This document shows positions 25,155 through 39,309 of a DNA stretch of 64,000 bases, piece by piece. Numbering within the stretch: position 1 is the stretch's first letter; every line of letters begins with the position of its first letter. Both the position numbers and the translations under genes were made by a program. The notes beneath the pieces are model-generated. The model was given only the letters and a program-made list of their open reading frames with translations. It did not search any database and was not told where the DNA came from. The stretch is from Chrysomallon squamiferum. Lineage: Eukaryota; Animalia; Mollusca. Where the stretch lies: assembly GCA_012295275.1 (NCBI GenBank), contig CM022673.1:22444001-22508000 (forward strand), in the 5' to 3' direction.

Positions 25155-28100
25155 TGTTAATATTGTTTCGCAATCTCACTGTTACGTTTTCTCCCGTACC
25201 CGTTTAAATGTGTTGGCCAGTTTATTTATATTCAGAATTGTGTTTAAAGTCGATCATTCGGGTAAGATCCGTCCTACACCGTGTGATATGATTAACACTT
25301 TCTAAAACACCTTTAGTTTCAAAATAGCTTTTATGTTAATACCGTCTTATTTATTTCCAAGCTTATACTAAAACCATGTTAAATAAAAGAAATATATATT
25401 AAAAAATAATAATAATGATAGATGATTAAAGAAAAAATGTCTTTTAGATATCTTCTGAGTAAACGATTTGATTGTTATCTCATTATTCCGTTATTAACGT
25501 GGAATATATTAATATTGTTATTGAATATGTAATATATATATCACAATGTTTTAAAATAAATAAATTGTAGATTATGATTTAATGTGGTTGTTTTTATTTG
25601 TTTGTTTGACTTTTTTCTTCTGTTATTTAAATATTTTCGACAGTGTTTTATAATCTTCACTGTATAATATCTGAGGTAGGCCTATACATGACACTTATTT
25701 TCTAAAACAAATAACAGAACTAAAGATAAGTAATTCTTTGAAATAGTTCACAAAATATATTATCATGTGCTATTCCAAAATAAAGTTTATGTTTTATAGT
25801 AATTGACTATATCAAAACCTTTTATGGTCCTAAAATAAAATTTATATATTTCAAAAGTATTTTCAATGTTATCAGTGTTCTTTAAATTTTTTGTTATTTT
25901 GTATGTCTGATGCAGGTAACATATACTTATCTTTGTACTACATGATTTATGCTGAACATTTTGGTTCTCTTTTTAAAAAATTATTTATTCTGTCTGCAGC
26001 TGCTTTTAATTTTACAAACTGGCCAAATAAAGATATGATATGACGTGTATATATTTGTTTTAATAGAAATGTGTTATTTCTTGTTCCATTCAAATGACTC
26101 CTTGGATACCTAAAAATCAGTTTAATGTTAAGTATGTATGAGTTTATGTGTGCATGTGTTTATGTGGTTATATGTCCAGTAATAGTGATTATAATAAAGA
26201 AATCAAAATTGTAAATATTTAAAATATAACAGTGGTATTACTGTTCTCTTTCTAACTGTTCATTGAAAGTATAAATAAAACCAATTCGAATCATAAAAAA
26301 AAAGTTAGAATTTATGATGTTCATGGAAACACTGAAAGGTAATTGTTGGGTTCTCCCGGATACCACACGGCGAACGTAAGACTACTTCCGTCTAGCCATC
26401 TCCAAGTCCCAATATTCTAGACCAATAAAAAACGAGTAGTCTCGGTAAGCTGAAAAGCGTAAAGTTAAATTGCCATTGAACAAGGTGAGTCCAGTCTGTG
26501 CATACGTGCGCATGTTTTGATTTGATAGAATCAAGGATGAAACCAAAATACCAGCTTTGTCTGGGAAAAAAGTCGTGGTAATTTTTTCGATCTTATTACT
26601 GACAGAAAAGGATAAATAAATCTTTATGAACAACATGAATTTACAATTCTGTAGAGGCTTTGGAAAGACTTTGGAAATTAAGAATATATTTAAACTCTTT
26701 ATTATCTCAGTTGGCTCAAACCCAGAGCATTGGAATGGTAATTATGATTTAAGTGTGTGTTTTTTTTTTTTTATGTAACATAGATTTATAGAAGATAGCC
26801 AAGTATATTTCTGTTGGATATTTTATCGAGTTATTCTGAGGTAGTTACTTACACTTGAAAACTAACTAACAAACTAAGATAACATATTTTAATAATTGAA
26901 AGCTTAGTTAGAAAGTTAACGTGAGCAACTGGACTTAATTAGAATAGTATTATCTCTCAATGCTATTTGCCTTTGTATTTTATCGTGAGAATCTTACGAT
27001 TAAATTACATGTTACCATTGATGGTTAACTAATGTAAAATATAAAACAATTACCCATATTCAATACTTGTTTGCGTTATTATTCTGTAGTGGATACAGAC
27101 TAGTCATTTAGTAGTTTAAGCTGCCTCTTTAACACCTTGTCACGTGACGCTATTATAGTCTGCTAACCTTGAGCCGGGAGAAGTCAACTTTGAGGTTTTA
27201 ATATAGTCAGACGAGTCACCGTGACAGATACAAAGAAGCAGTCTGCATACTTCCAGTTTATCTTTTATTTGTTTTGTTTTTATTCTTATGTTGTGTATTC
27301 TTATGAAAAATAAATCGATAGTAGGGGTTGTTTTCTGTTGATGAGAAGATTATTCAAATATTTTCAGTTCAGTTTGCTGCTAACAAACACATTACTAGTC
27401 GACACACCTGCAATCATAATTTGCCCGCATAACTGATAATCGCTTAGAGCGAATAGCATTTAATTGTCGAACCTTATCACTGGCATTTTTATTAAGTCTG
27501 AATTACATAACTATACATAAAAGATGCTTACTTCTTGAAAATAGCTCGATTTTTATGTAAAGATTTTTCCAGTAGAAAAGAAACACTGTAACATTCAAGT
27601 ATGCCGAATAGTCACCTAACATTATTATTTTGTGGTCGAAGGGAGAGAAAAACGAACGAAAACCATATCTGAAGAAATCATGAAGAACCAATGAAATAAT
27701 GTCCCTTCTTGGAATTTTAAAACGATGGTTTAGCCTCATAAATAGAGCTTAATAAACAAAATGCTTACTATTTAATCGAATAGAATAAAATTTATATCTT
27801 TTTTTTATTTTTTCCAAGAAGTTTAGTATCAAACTATTCCAGTAAGAATAAAATGAAGACATAAATGATAAAATGACTATATTGTTTGTAGTTAATGAAG
27901 TGGTCTTTGGGTTTGTCGCTGTGTGCGCGCGTGAGAATCAAAGATGAAAGACGGATTCGAATCCAGAATCCTATCTCCTTGAAGCTGACACAGCAATGTG
28001 GAAGATTCGAACACACACACCACAGAACCGTCGGAAGATGAATTCTTCTTTTCTTCTTCTTCTTATTATTAATTTTTCAAGCGCAACATCCTGCCAAATT

Positions 28101-28365
28101 TTCTAGAAATTCTTTCTTTTCTTTTCTTTACTTATTTAATATTTAAATATTTATTTTCTTTTTTATGATTGTTTCTTTTTTTTCTGTTTCAGTTGCAATG
28201 ACCAAATATTTACACTAACACTATCGGAATGACAAAATTTCTGTTCTGGTAATCATTTTTTTGTTTTGTTTTACTTTCCTTTGTCTGCGGTAACTGCTTG
28301 AAGCTACTGGCTATAGTGCGGAGGGCTGATTCGTACGGAATGGATATAAACTACTGTTGTTGTTG

Positions 28366-28406
<41 letters not shown>

Positions 28407-28539
28407 GGCAGTAGTAGTAACAGAAGTAAAATTTATTGTCTGCGTATTATTAATGTGCTAGAGTTCAAATCTTATCTGTCATATTTTGTTTTCATGCTGT
28501 GGGTAAATGTTAGAGTTACTGCCCTTTATTTTGAACATT

Positions 28540-31500
28540 ATGGCACTTGGAATAACTCGACGTGGTATTATAACTTTTGGAATTGGTCTGTTGTTTGGTT
28601 TTGCTGTAACGTATATGCTTGCATTTACTCTGCGTTACAGAACTTCGCATGAAATTCTTTACTCAAGTGGTTTTATACCTAAAAGTCCGCACAGTCACGG
28701 AGAAATGGATCAGTTTCGAGGCCCGGACGTATCGGTCCAATGGGCAGACGAACATTCACATTTGCATGCAGGTGAAGTTGACGACACTGACACTGATTTT
28801 AATAAGGAGATTTTTACTATTTGATAGAAAAACATTATGAACTTACCTCATTAATGATACATATCATAAAACATTTCAAGTAAATTTCTTAAAGATAACA
28901 TGACATTGTCACTGACAATTAGATATGAATGTTTATATATGGCTTACTTTTAACAAATTTGCATACGTGTAAATTTTGACATTTTTGTTGAATACTAAAA
29001 ATAATAAATAAATACTAAAAAGACCAACAAAACAAATTTAAAAAAGTAACGTACAATTAAAACATTATTTATTCTGTGCATACAGTAAATTAACATGACA
29101 AAATACACTTGAAAAATTAACCATGAGGTTTATGCTATCAGTTCCATGTCCTTTTAAATAATAAAAACATTTAGTACTTGAAAGTTCCACGAGTAAAATG
29201 TCAAAGATATGTAACCAACAATATTTGTATTAATAATCACTTGAGCCTTACTCTGTTTACTATAACTAAGGTATAGTGTTTGTAATGGTTAGATATTTTA
29301 AAATAATATTCTTTTATTTAAAATAGAGGAGTCCAGTGAGGTTGCTGTTGAATTAGCTAAACGGGTTAGAGTTTTATGCTGGGTAATGACCAGTCCCAGT
29401 AATCATGAGTCAAAAGCAAAACACATCAAAGTGACATGGGGAAAACGATGTAACATCCTTATTTTCATGAGCTCTGAGGCTGATCCAAATCTTCCTGCTG
29501 TTAAACTACAGGTAATTTAATATTTAACATCAGAAAGTAATATGCTTTACACAATTTATTTAAAAGATATTACAACCAATATTATAATTCAATCAAAATT
29601 TCCCAGTTATTTCATTATTTTTTGTTTTAATTATAGGTTCTTAGAAAAATAACAGTGACAGTTGTAGTCAGGTGTTTGTGATTTGGTGTTACATACACAC
29701 TGATCCAAGTATTATTCGAATTGGTTGTTAAGACTCCTTAATATGAATGATTATAAAACCAGTTATCTTCAGTACTTTGAATTCTGTACATAATAACTAC
29801 ATGACATGTTCTAAAAACTTACAGTTGACAGATGATGACAGACATTATGTATGTTTTCTGAATGTTAATTACTTTGATATCAAAGCTTTTTGCTCATGTT
29901 TTGTTTTTAAAAATATTCTTGATGGAAATATATTATGTAATGAAATAATATTACATTATGTCGTTAGTTATATTTAAATTTAGAACAGCTGCTGAAAATA
30001 AATGACTGATGTATTCTTTCATGCACTGTTTTATGTCCCTGACTTTAACTTTCATCTCATTATAAAATCTGATAGCTCTGTAAAAATTGGCAGACCTGTA
30101 ATATATTTTAAAAATAAGACTAAATTTAAAAATAAAAAATTGTCATTTATACTTAAATATACTTTTATCATGAGCAGGGAAAAATTAAAATTAAGCAAAA
30201 CTTTAAAAATAATTTTAATTTGAAAACTACAAAGAACACAACAAACCAACTCTTTTTATTTCCACAATCATATTGCACAGTTGCCACCATGTCTCAGACT
30301 CCAGAAACAGTTAACACTTATGGTGAGACATACATAAAGGTGAAAAAGTGAGTAAACAAAATTGTTGAGCAAAATGTTCTTTGTTCTAGTGTTTGTTTGA
30401 GGGCAAAACATTATTGTCTCTCCTACTTAATCTTAATCAAAAACATTTTGAAAACACTATAAAAATCTTAGTTTCATATTTAACTATTCTGAAATATCTT
30501 CATTATATAGATGCATTTTTTAAATATTTATTTGAAATTTTGTTCAGGTCAGTGAAGGTCGAGATAATTTATGGGCAAAAACGAAAGCTGCTTTTAAATA
30601 CGTTTATAAACATCACTTTAAAGATGCTGATTGGTTTTTCAAAGCAGATGATGACACTTACACTATTGTTGAAAACATGAGGTACTTTTTAAGTGACAAG
30701 GATTCCAGATCTCCCATTTATTTTGGGAGAAGATTTAAACCCTATGTTACACAAGGATACATGAGTGGTGGTGCTGGCTATGTTTTGAGTCGTGAAGCTC
30801 TTGAACGTTTTATTACCAAAGCTGCTGATGATGATTCAAAATGTCGAGCAGACAATGGAGGAGCAGAAGACCTTGAAATGGGGAAATGTTTACAGAATGT
30901 TGGGGTAGTGGCAGGAGATTCACGAGATGAACTTGGCAGAGAACGCTTTCATCCTTTTGTTCCAGAACATCATCTCATTCCAGGCATCTTGCCAAAAGAT
31001 ATGTGGTACTTCAGTTACAATTTTTACCCTGCTAAACAGGTTTGAACATTTTTACTTTTTTATGCATTTATTTAAATAAATTTAAATGTAATTTTGTTAG
31101 GTTAAAATATATAAATTCAGGTTAGAATGTTTCTATAATTTAAAAAAAAATTACTTTAAACAAAATGTTGATATTTTTACCAGTTCAAAACAGCCGTGTA
31201 GGTGGATTTAGATCACATAAAATGTAGAAGAATTTGAAATAATTTTGTATTAAATGTTTTTTTATCTTTTATTCTGTCAAAAATGTAGGAAAATGTGACA
31301 TCTGTAAGTTCCAAATATTTAATGATATGGATTGAAAAACCAGTCAGATTAATTCTGAAAAGTAGATTATGACATTAATAATTAAGAAATATTTATAAGA
31401 AATACATGCTAATTCAAATTATTTTCTGTAAGTTGGCTTATTTATTTATTTTTGTTTATATATTTATTTTTAATTAATATTTAAAACAGAATGCAGCATG

Positions 31501-33166
31501 TAAATGTGCAGAATAAATTAAAAGTGAGTCTTGCTAAGTATGGCATCAATTTCATTTCAGAGCTTTTAATTACAGTTAGCTTTTTAATTTTAATTTTGAA
31601 ATGCTTAATTTTTTTCTTTAATTTTTTAATTTTTGTTACATTACTAAAGCAGGATTTAATTTTGCTCTTAAACATAAATTAATTGTTTGATAAAACCAAA
31701 TTAGCTGTATTTCCTTTCTTCTTCTTTTTTTTAAACTAATAAAAAAAGTTTAAAAAATAAAAAAGTAAATAGTTGACTGATAAGAATGTACTTTAAAAAT
31801 AAATCCTGCTTCAGTTTAAGCATTTATTTTCTAATGGTTTATTTTTGTTTGAATTATTATTATTGATTTTAATTTTTACAATTTGTTATGAATTTAGTTG
31901 CAGTATTTGTTGTTTTTCTTAAAATGAGTAATTAAAATGTTGATATGAACATTAATGTATATGTGCATTGTTAGCACTGTTTTAATAAAATTCAGTAGTA
32001 TATAAATACATTGCTGTTTCAAAAGCTCTTCTGATTATCTATAGAAATTTTTTTGCTTCTTAAGGGTATTTATCAACCTCAAATAGATGTTGGTTTGGTC
32101 TTAATGTGTTTCAATTTAGGTCTTTGTTTTATTTTTATTTTTATTTTTATTATCATGGTTTTATCAGTTCTGATTTAGATAAAAAATAAATATAATTATG
32201 TTGTTAATAAATATCTGTTTATTTGCTTTCACAAAGAATAAACATTACAGCTTAAAGAATAATATCTGAGTTAGGAGTTAATTTTAAAAATATACAGCCT
32301 TCTGAACCACAAATTTGTAGAATCATATAGAAATTAAACTGAATGTTTTACCACAAACTGAATATGGTTTAATCCTCAATTTTAAATTTCTAATCTTTTT
32401 TTTTTTATTTGTTGTTGGTGTTGTTGTTGAAACTAACAGTTTAAAGAAATAAATAAAAAATACTGGTATGTAATGTGTGATTTGGAATTTTTTTCAGACT
32501 ATTTAATTTTTAAATGTTATTACTTTTATACAGTAGGTTAAATATATATAAAAAAAGGAAAGTTTTACTAAAATTTTCTTTGATTTGTATTTGAATAAAT
32601 ATGTTTATTGATACAAGGTTTAATTTCAGGGTCCAGAATGTTGTAGTGATTATGCCATAACATTCCACTATGTTGCTCCAAATCTTATGTATGTATTGGA
32701 CTACATGATATACCATCTTAAACCATACGGCATTCATGTAAAACAGGTCAGTTTTCTTGTTGTTGTTGTTGTTGTTCTTCTTCTTGTTCTTCTTCTTCTT
32801 ATTAATATTATTATTATTATTATGATATTGTTGCTATTATTGTTTGTTTTGAAACAAATATTCAGTTGGCATTAGTTGAGATATTTTAAATTTTCTGGTA
32901 TAAGAGCATTTTAGGTTGTTCTTGTGTTGTTGTTGTTGGGGTTTTTTTTAATTTTTTTTATTAATTACTATAGAATTGTGACATATTTACACATTTACTT
33001 TCAGCAATGTCCTAGCACAAAATATAAAAAAATCACAGAAGTTAATCAAGAAACAAAAGTTGTCAAAGTGGTAGAAGAAAAGGAGAAACACCTAATTGAA
33101 AGTAATACAATTACTGAAACAAATCAAAATGAGAAGAAACAAAGTACACAAACTCAGAAAAGTTAA
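28540..33166 (+). CDS. C1GALT1: Glycoprotein-N-acetylgalactosamine 3-beta-galactosyltransferase 1 (core 1 T-synthase, GT31), about 395 aa
   Basis: Exons 28540-28771, 29327-29511, 30548-31039, 32630-32746, 33005-33166 (1188 nt, phases consistent). N-terminal TM anchor; motifs [36 protein letters not shown] (DxD), [34 protein letters not shown]. Confidence 0.95.
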
Positions 33167-33326
33167 CACTGATTTGACCTATTTAAAAAACAATTTTAAA
33201 AATGACATTTGGAAGAGCTATTAATATTTAAAAAATAGAATTGGAGCTTTTTTATGTGTGTATGTTTTATCTTCTTCATTTTTAAAAAATATTTCTTAAT
33301 ATATTTCACATCTTAATATTAATCCA

Positions 33327-33362
<36 letters not shown>

Positions 33363-35330
33363 TTTTATATTAAAATTTACAGAATAAAGGAAACTAATGG
33401 TAATATTTGTTTTAAATTCAATAAGACAGCTGTGACTGCCTTAAACCAAAATGAATGTTTTAATTAAAATGTTTGATTTAAATAAATATAATAATCAGTG
33501 TTTTAACATTATGTGTGAAATAATCTCTTAGGATAAGTATTTTTTTATTCAGAATCAAGTCTTAAATGATCCAAAGAATGATTTTTTTCTTAATCTAGTC
33601 ACATGGGAGATTAGATCTATCTATATATATATATATCTGGTTCTGGTTTCCTAGTCATGTCAAAATAAATCCATTTTTACAGGCCATGCATACGTGATTT
33701 CCAACATTATCATAATTTGTTTTGGGTTGCCGTTTCTTTTTATTTTCATAAATTATTCACATTTAGTACATAACTAATATATGCACTAACATACACAGTA
33801 TGAAATATTTTCATTGATTTTCATTGTGTTGTAGACTGATTAGTGTGTTTAGAAAATTTGGACCTTTGCACAGACATACTTTGTGATTTTGTATTAGAAT
33901 TCTACAGATACTGTTATTTAAAAATGAGAAATTTATATCCACAGAAAGAATATTAGATACTTAACTTATTTTTATTTATCTCAAAGGTAGAGCTGTTTTT
34001 AAATGTTGATTTTTATGATTTGTATTGAATATTCAATAAGTAATTTGTGTATTAGAATGGTACCAAATCAAGATAAGTAAAATATTTTAAAATATTAATA
34101 CTGTCACACAAGTTAAAAATAATAAAATGATGCACAGACACTGAGAACATGTTTTAAATGAGTTGTCTAGAAACAATGAAATATGTTCGTTTGTATATAT
34201 CACATGTATATTTTTAATAATATTTATTATAATGACCAAGAGTACATTTGATTGTTTTTTCCAGGTGTTTATTTGTTATGTGTAATTTTTTTAACTTGTT
34301 AAAACAAACACTAGATAATATGGTAAAAATTAAAGAAGTGAAGCCATCAATGAGCAACAGTCATGAAAAAATGACTTGAATATTGCTTGGTACTCACATA
34401 TAACTGTTATAATGTGTATGTTAGATGTTTTTATTGTTTTCCTAGTAAATGAATTGAGTTTTAGCCCTGCCTTGAAAAAATCTTCATCAGGCTAACCCTG
34501 TTAGGTAATGAAGAATAAAGCCACATGAGTTCAGTGCAAAACATGGCCAATATTGCAGAAAGTACTATCAATGCCTTACAAGTAACAACAACAATGAACA
34601 GTGGTAAACAACAGTGATGCACCAAAATAAAATAACAGATGTTGGAATACTTTGTGAATTTCTAAATGTTTGGCCTATAGTACAGTGTGGAACCAATTTG
34701 TTAATCATACAATGCATCAAATTAAAAAACTAAATAAATAGAAAATAACATGTTACTGTTCAAAATGTGACTCAGTAAAAGGAGTAGCTTTTTATCCAAT
34801 CTTCACTCTTTTGATCCAAAGACCATCGGTCATATCCTGACTCAAAGTGATATTCTATGTGTCTTGCATGTCAGAATTAACTAATACATTGTATAATGCT
34901 TCTTTATCAGATGAAGTAATATTTAAACATGCTGACAAACTAAAATAGCTGCAAGAGACCATTAAAAATGGCTGTTTGCAGAAAAATTGCCAAAAATAGG
35001 AATTAATTTATAGACCAAATGGAAATAATCTATAAGGCATCATGGGCAGTGAACCAGATTTTTTTCACTGAGCAGTTTAGAAAAAAACAATGATAAATTA
35101 ACAGTTATAATTTTTTAAATGACAATCAAATATAGCAATATGTTTTTCCATTCAGTTAAAAAAATATGCCTTGATTGTTGTCAGTGAATGTTAGCAATGA
35201 ATTGTTTCTATATTCCTTTTTATTTTATAATTTTATATTAACCATAAGGTAGTAATGGATTTTGTGATGTAAATGAGCACAAACAAGCAAGATTAAAAGG
35301 AAACATTTTATAGCCAATAAAAGTTTCTTC

Positions 35331-35362
<32 letters not shown>

Positions 35363-36728
35363 GTTATCAGAAAATTTTGATAAATATTAGATTTTTTAAA
35401 TTTTCATCTTTTTTTTAATTATTGTTTTTAAGAGAACTGGTAAATTAATAAATGAAAAAGTTATGTTAAAAAATTAATCAAAATTAAAATTTATTTTGAA
35501 GTAGAGATTATTCATCAACCGTTTCTAAAACATAGTTAATTTTTATTTGATTCATTCAGCTTTGCATGTCATACAAAACTTTATACTTAGCACTAGTTCA
35601 ATTCTAGACATATACTATCTCATATTAATGATAAATTATAATTTATTATTTAAATACCATCACATCATACCAAAGCCTGTTTTTTTTAATATTATATATC
35701 TACATGCATCTGTGTGTGTGTGTGTGTGTGTGTATACATACATACATACATACATACATACATACATACATACATACATACAACCTATACATATATGTAT
35801 ATATATATATGCCTAGCAAATCTTGTATTTTGTAACCAAAATTGTTTTTTTATATAATATATTCTTTTTTAATTTTTATAAATTTTATTTGGTAAGAATT
35901 ATCCAGAACTACTGTAATTTATATGCAAATTAGTGCAAACTTTTACAGTAATTGTCAAAATAAAGTAAATGAATCTGATTATCTTTTCCATCAAATATAT
36001 TTTATAGTGGTTTTTTGTGGTTATGGGAGATATTTTAATATATTTATATATACACTGTGAAACTAAAGTAGTAATATAAATATATTTTAAAACAAATTGC
36101 TGATTATTTCTTTTCTTTTATTTTTTTTCACATATATATCTCACTGTTGTTAATGTTCTGTATAAACATGTTTCGATATTTTAATAAACTCAAGTATTTT
36201 ATTAATGCCATGTAGGAGATAACAGAGTGTGTCATTTTGTTGGTAAAATGTTTATTGTTGCAACTGTTATTACACATTTAGTTCCTAGAAAGGTTTTAAA
36301 AATTCAGTTTCTATAAAGAAATTTTCATTGACTGCATGTTGTCTTCAACCACGGAAATAAACAGACTGATCAAATTCTCTCAGAGTATAGAACATTTCCA
36401 CGTCTTCAGCTATATGTTCTATAGCATGCATTCCTTGTCGTTAGACAGATTATTAATACTTTATGTATTAAGCATTGTGTTGAAAATGGATCAATGTTTA
36501 AAATTAAATTTAAAAAGAAAAAAAAGAGAAAAAAAAAGAAAAGGAAAAAAAAAGTCCAGTTTATTTATGAATATCGTTTGGGGAATAGCAATTGCTATTG
36601 ACAGTTTATGCAAATATTAAAACACCACACCTTGTGTATTCTGGAAGTGGGCAGTTGTTAGTGTGTGGAGGGATGTCGATAATGATTGTGTCTTTAAGTA
36701 TCAGAATAATCAGACAATAAGTACCTAT

Positions 36729-37080
36729 ACATTTACATGCAGATGAAGTTGATGACACTGACACTGATTTTATTAAGTAGATATTTATTTTGTCGACTTC
36801 AGTGTTACTACTATTAGATAGAAAAATATGAACTTACCTCAATATCATGAAACATTTAAAGTAACTTATATGGTACATAAACTATGATAAATTTCATAAA
36901 GATAACATGACATTGTCACTGACAATTAGATATCAGTGTATATGTGATTTGCTTTTAACAAATTTGCGTACGTGTATATTTTGAAAATTTTGTTGAATAA
37001 TAAAAATAATAAAATACTAAAAAGACCTAACAACTTATTAATTTTAAAATTAAATTTAAAAAAGAAACGTACAAATAAAA
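36729..37080 (+). pseudogene. Decayed duplicate of the C1GALT1 first coding exon end plus intron 1 start (source 28758-29062)
   Basis: Collinear blocks such as GACACTGACACTGATTTT, ATGAACTTACCTCA and AAAGATAACATGACATTGTCACTGACAATTAGATAT are shared. The donor GCAG|GT has become GCAG-AT. Confidence 0.85.
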
Positions 37081-37427
37081 TAAAGAACTATTTTACAATT
37101 CATTTACAATCACCTTCTAACATAATATATTTTAATGGATTATTACGTTTTAAGTTTGTATAATGAGTCTTGTAAGTATTTTCGTTCTAAATGAAACACG
37201 TGATCGTTTTCAGTTTAACTGTCAGAATATCTATTTTGTAATTCCAGTTAGTTTAATGTTTGTTAACATATATCTTACATTACAAATATATTTTCGTTAT
37301 GAGATAGCTAGTTTCATTCAATGGAATATAACTTTTTTCACTAAGCTGTCCTCTGTCTCTAATTAAAATACTGTCAAACAGTACGAGTTTCCTTGAACTG
37401 TATTTCGAGTACTGCAGCAGACTTAGC

Positions 37428-38487
37428 TCACAGACAAAGTAAATGTAAGCTGTAAAGCAAGTTCCACTTCCCGTTCCTCTTCAATTCGTCTTCGTGCTGT
37501 CTGCGAGCACAGTAGATTCTGAACTTCTCTTTTTCGATACCTACAAGTTTCTGCCACTGCTGACGGTTCCTTTTGCACCCATCGTACATGGGTTTCAGAC
37601 GGGTATCATATTTGGTGAAGAGTGAATAAAGTGGTAGACATACAGCATCGAAGAAACCAACCTGCAACTGTGGCATTTCGTCTTTCTTCGTTCTATCCAT
37701 TAGGGCTATAGGTTTTAGTCCCAGCTGACTCAATTCTAGGTCGCCTTGCTCGTAAAACTCCTTGGACACCAACATTGCCGTCCTGAAAGTGACTTTCCAA
37801 GATTTGCACATACCTGCTAGATCACATGCTGTCATCATCATTGCTTTCAAAAGATTCTTTGCCCTCAATTCCATGAAATTGGTGTTAGTGTTTAGCAACT
37901 CTGGAAAAGACGAAGATGGAAAAAAAAAAAAATGGAGAATTGTGACGAAGATATATTTGGTTCAGAGGTTTTACGATTAATATTCACAGCAATAAAATAT
38001 TAAGACAGTTCTAACCAAACCTATCCTGTTAGTTTTGTTGTATCCCTTCGGAACTTAAAAAGGTATGTGATGCTTTTATTATTTATGGTCAACTTTCATT
38101 ACACTACACTGCATCTTTTTAAAAAAAAATCACCTAGCCTCCTAGATGCCTTCCCGGTTTTTGACCAAGCAGTACAGTTCCAATGAGTTCTTCAATTTTT
38201 GGAAAGCAGGATGCGTTTACGTCATTGAATTCCAGGTACCCATTAAGTTAGCAGGTTATAGGCATCCTAAAATGAAAATAAACTGATTTTAATTCTTGAA
38301 AGCTTTTTATGCTTTCTTGAATTCGTGTTTATTGCCTACGTAATATGAATCCAAAACACAGAGCGCGATAGTTTATTAAAGTTTTTAATTTTTAATTATT
38401 GAGAAAGAGAGGTGAATATGCAGTATATTTAACCATTTAAGGTTGAAATATATATATATATATATTTACACACACATACAAACATAC

Positions 38488-38556
<69 letters not shown>

Positions 38557-38590
38557 AACACACATATATATGTATGTATGTATGTGTATA

Positions 38591-38647
<57 letters not shown>

Positions 38648-39235
38648 TTCGACTTTAAACACATTTACAGTATTAAGAAAACGAGAAAATCCAAATATTA
38701 TACGGACTGGACTGGACATTTAAATTTAAGATATTATTCTCTCTTGCGCCAAGGTTGAATCTTTCATTAATATTTATTTTGCCTTCATTTATTTTGTACT
38801 TTTTACTGTCCTTTAGAAACTTTCTTTTTTTTTTTTTCTTTTTTTTCAGGAAATTTTGTAAGTCTCTAAAACATATTTATTGATATAATAAAATATAACG
38901 TGAAACGTCTTGCTGCTAACGGTTTTAGCAGCTGTTATCTGAGTCGTTCTCTCTAACACATTCAAATATTACATAAATTATTCTTTAAGAAACATTTGGT
39001 TATATTCTATTTTACTTATTGCTGTTATTAATTATATTAACTGAATAGTGCATTAAATTTAAAATCAGTTTATTTTCTTGTACTGAAAACCTTAGTACAC
39101 GTAGGTCTTCTGGATTAACATAATAGGTGGAATGAGTATATATTCATTTTATTCAATTTATTTAAGTATATACTCAAAACATACAGCTGACGAATCCCCG
39201 TTACTGTCTTGTTAGTCTATTTCTACTTTTCAAGA

Positions 39236-39309
<74 letters not shown>

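Noticed and set aside
26380-26520. C1GALT1 promoter and non-coding first exon (ACTTCCG motif, donor AAG|GTGAGT at 26484/26485)
   Set aside because: Plausible, but I could not link it to a convincing acceptor before the ATG at 28540; cDNA is needed.
31643-31815. 16-bp inverted repeat (15/16) in a C1GALT1 intron
   Set aside because: Short, in AT-rich context, with no TSD or other structure; probably an old MITE relic or chance.
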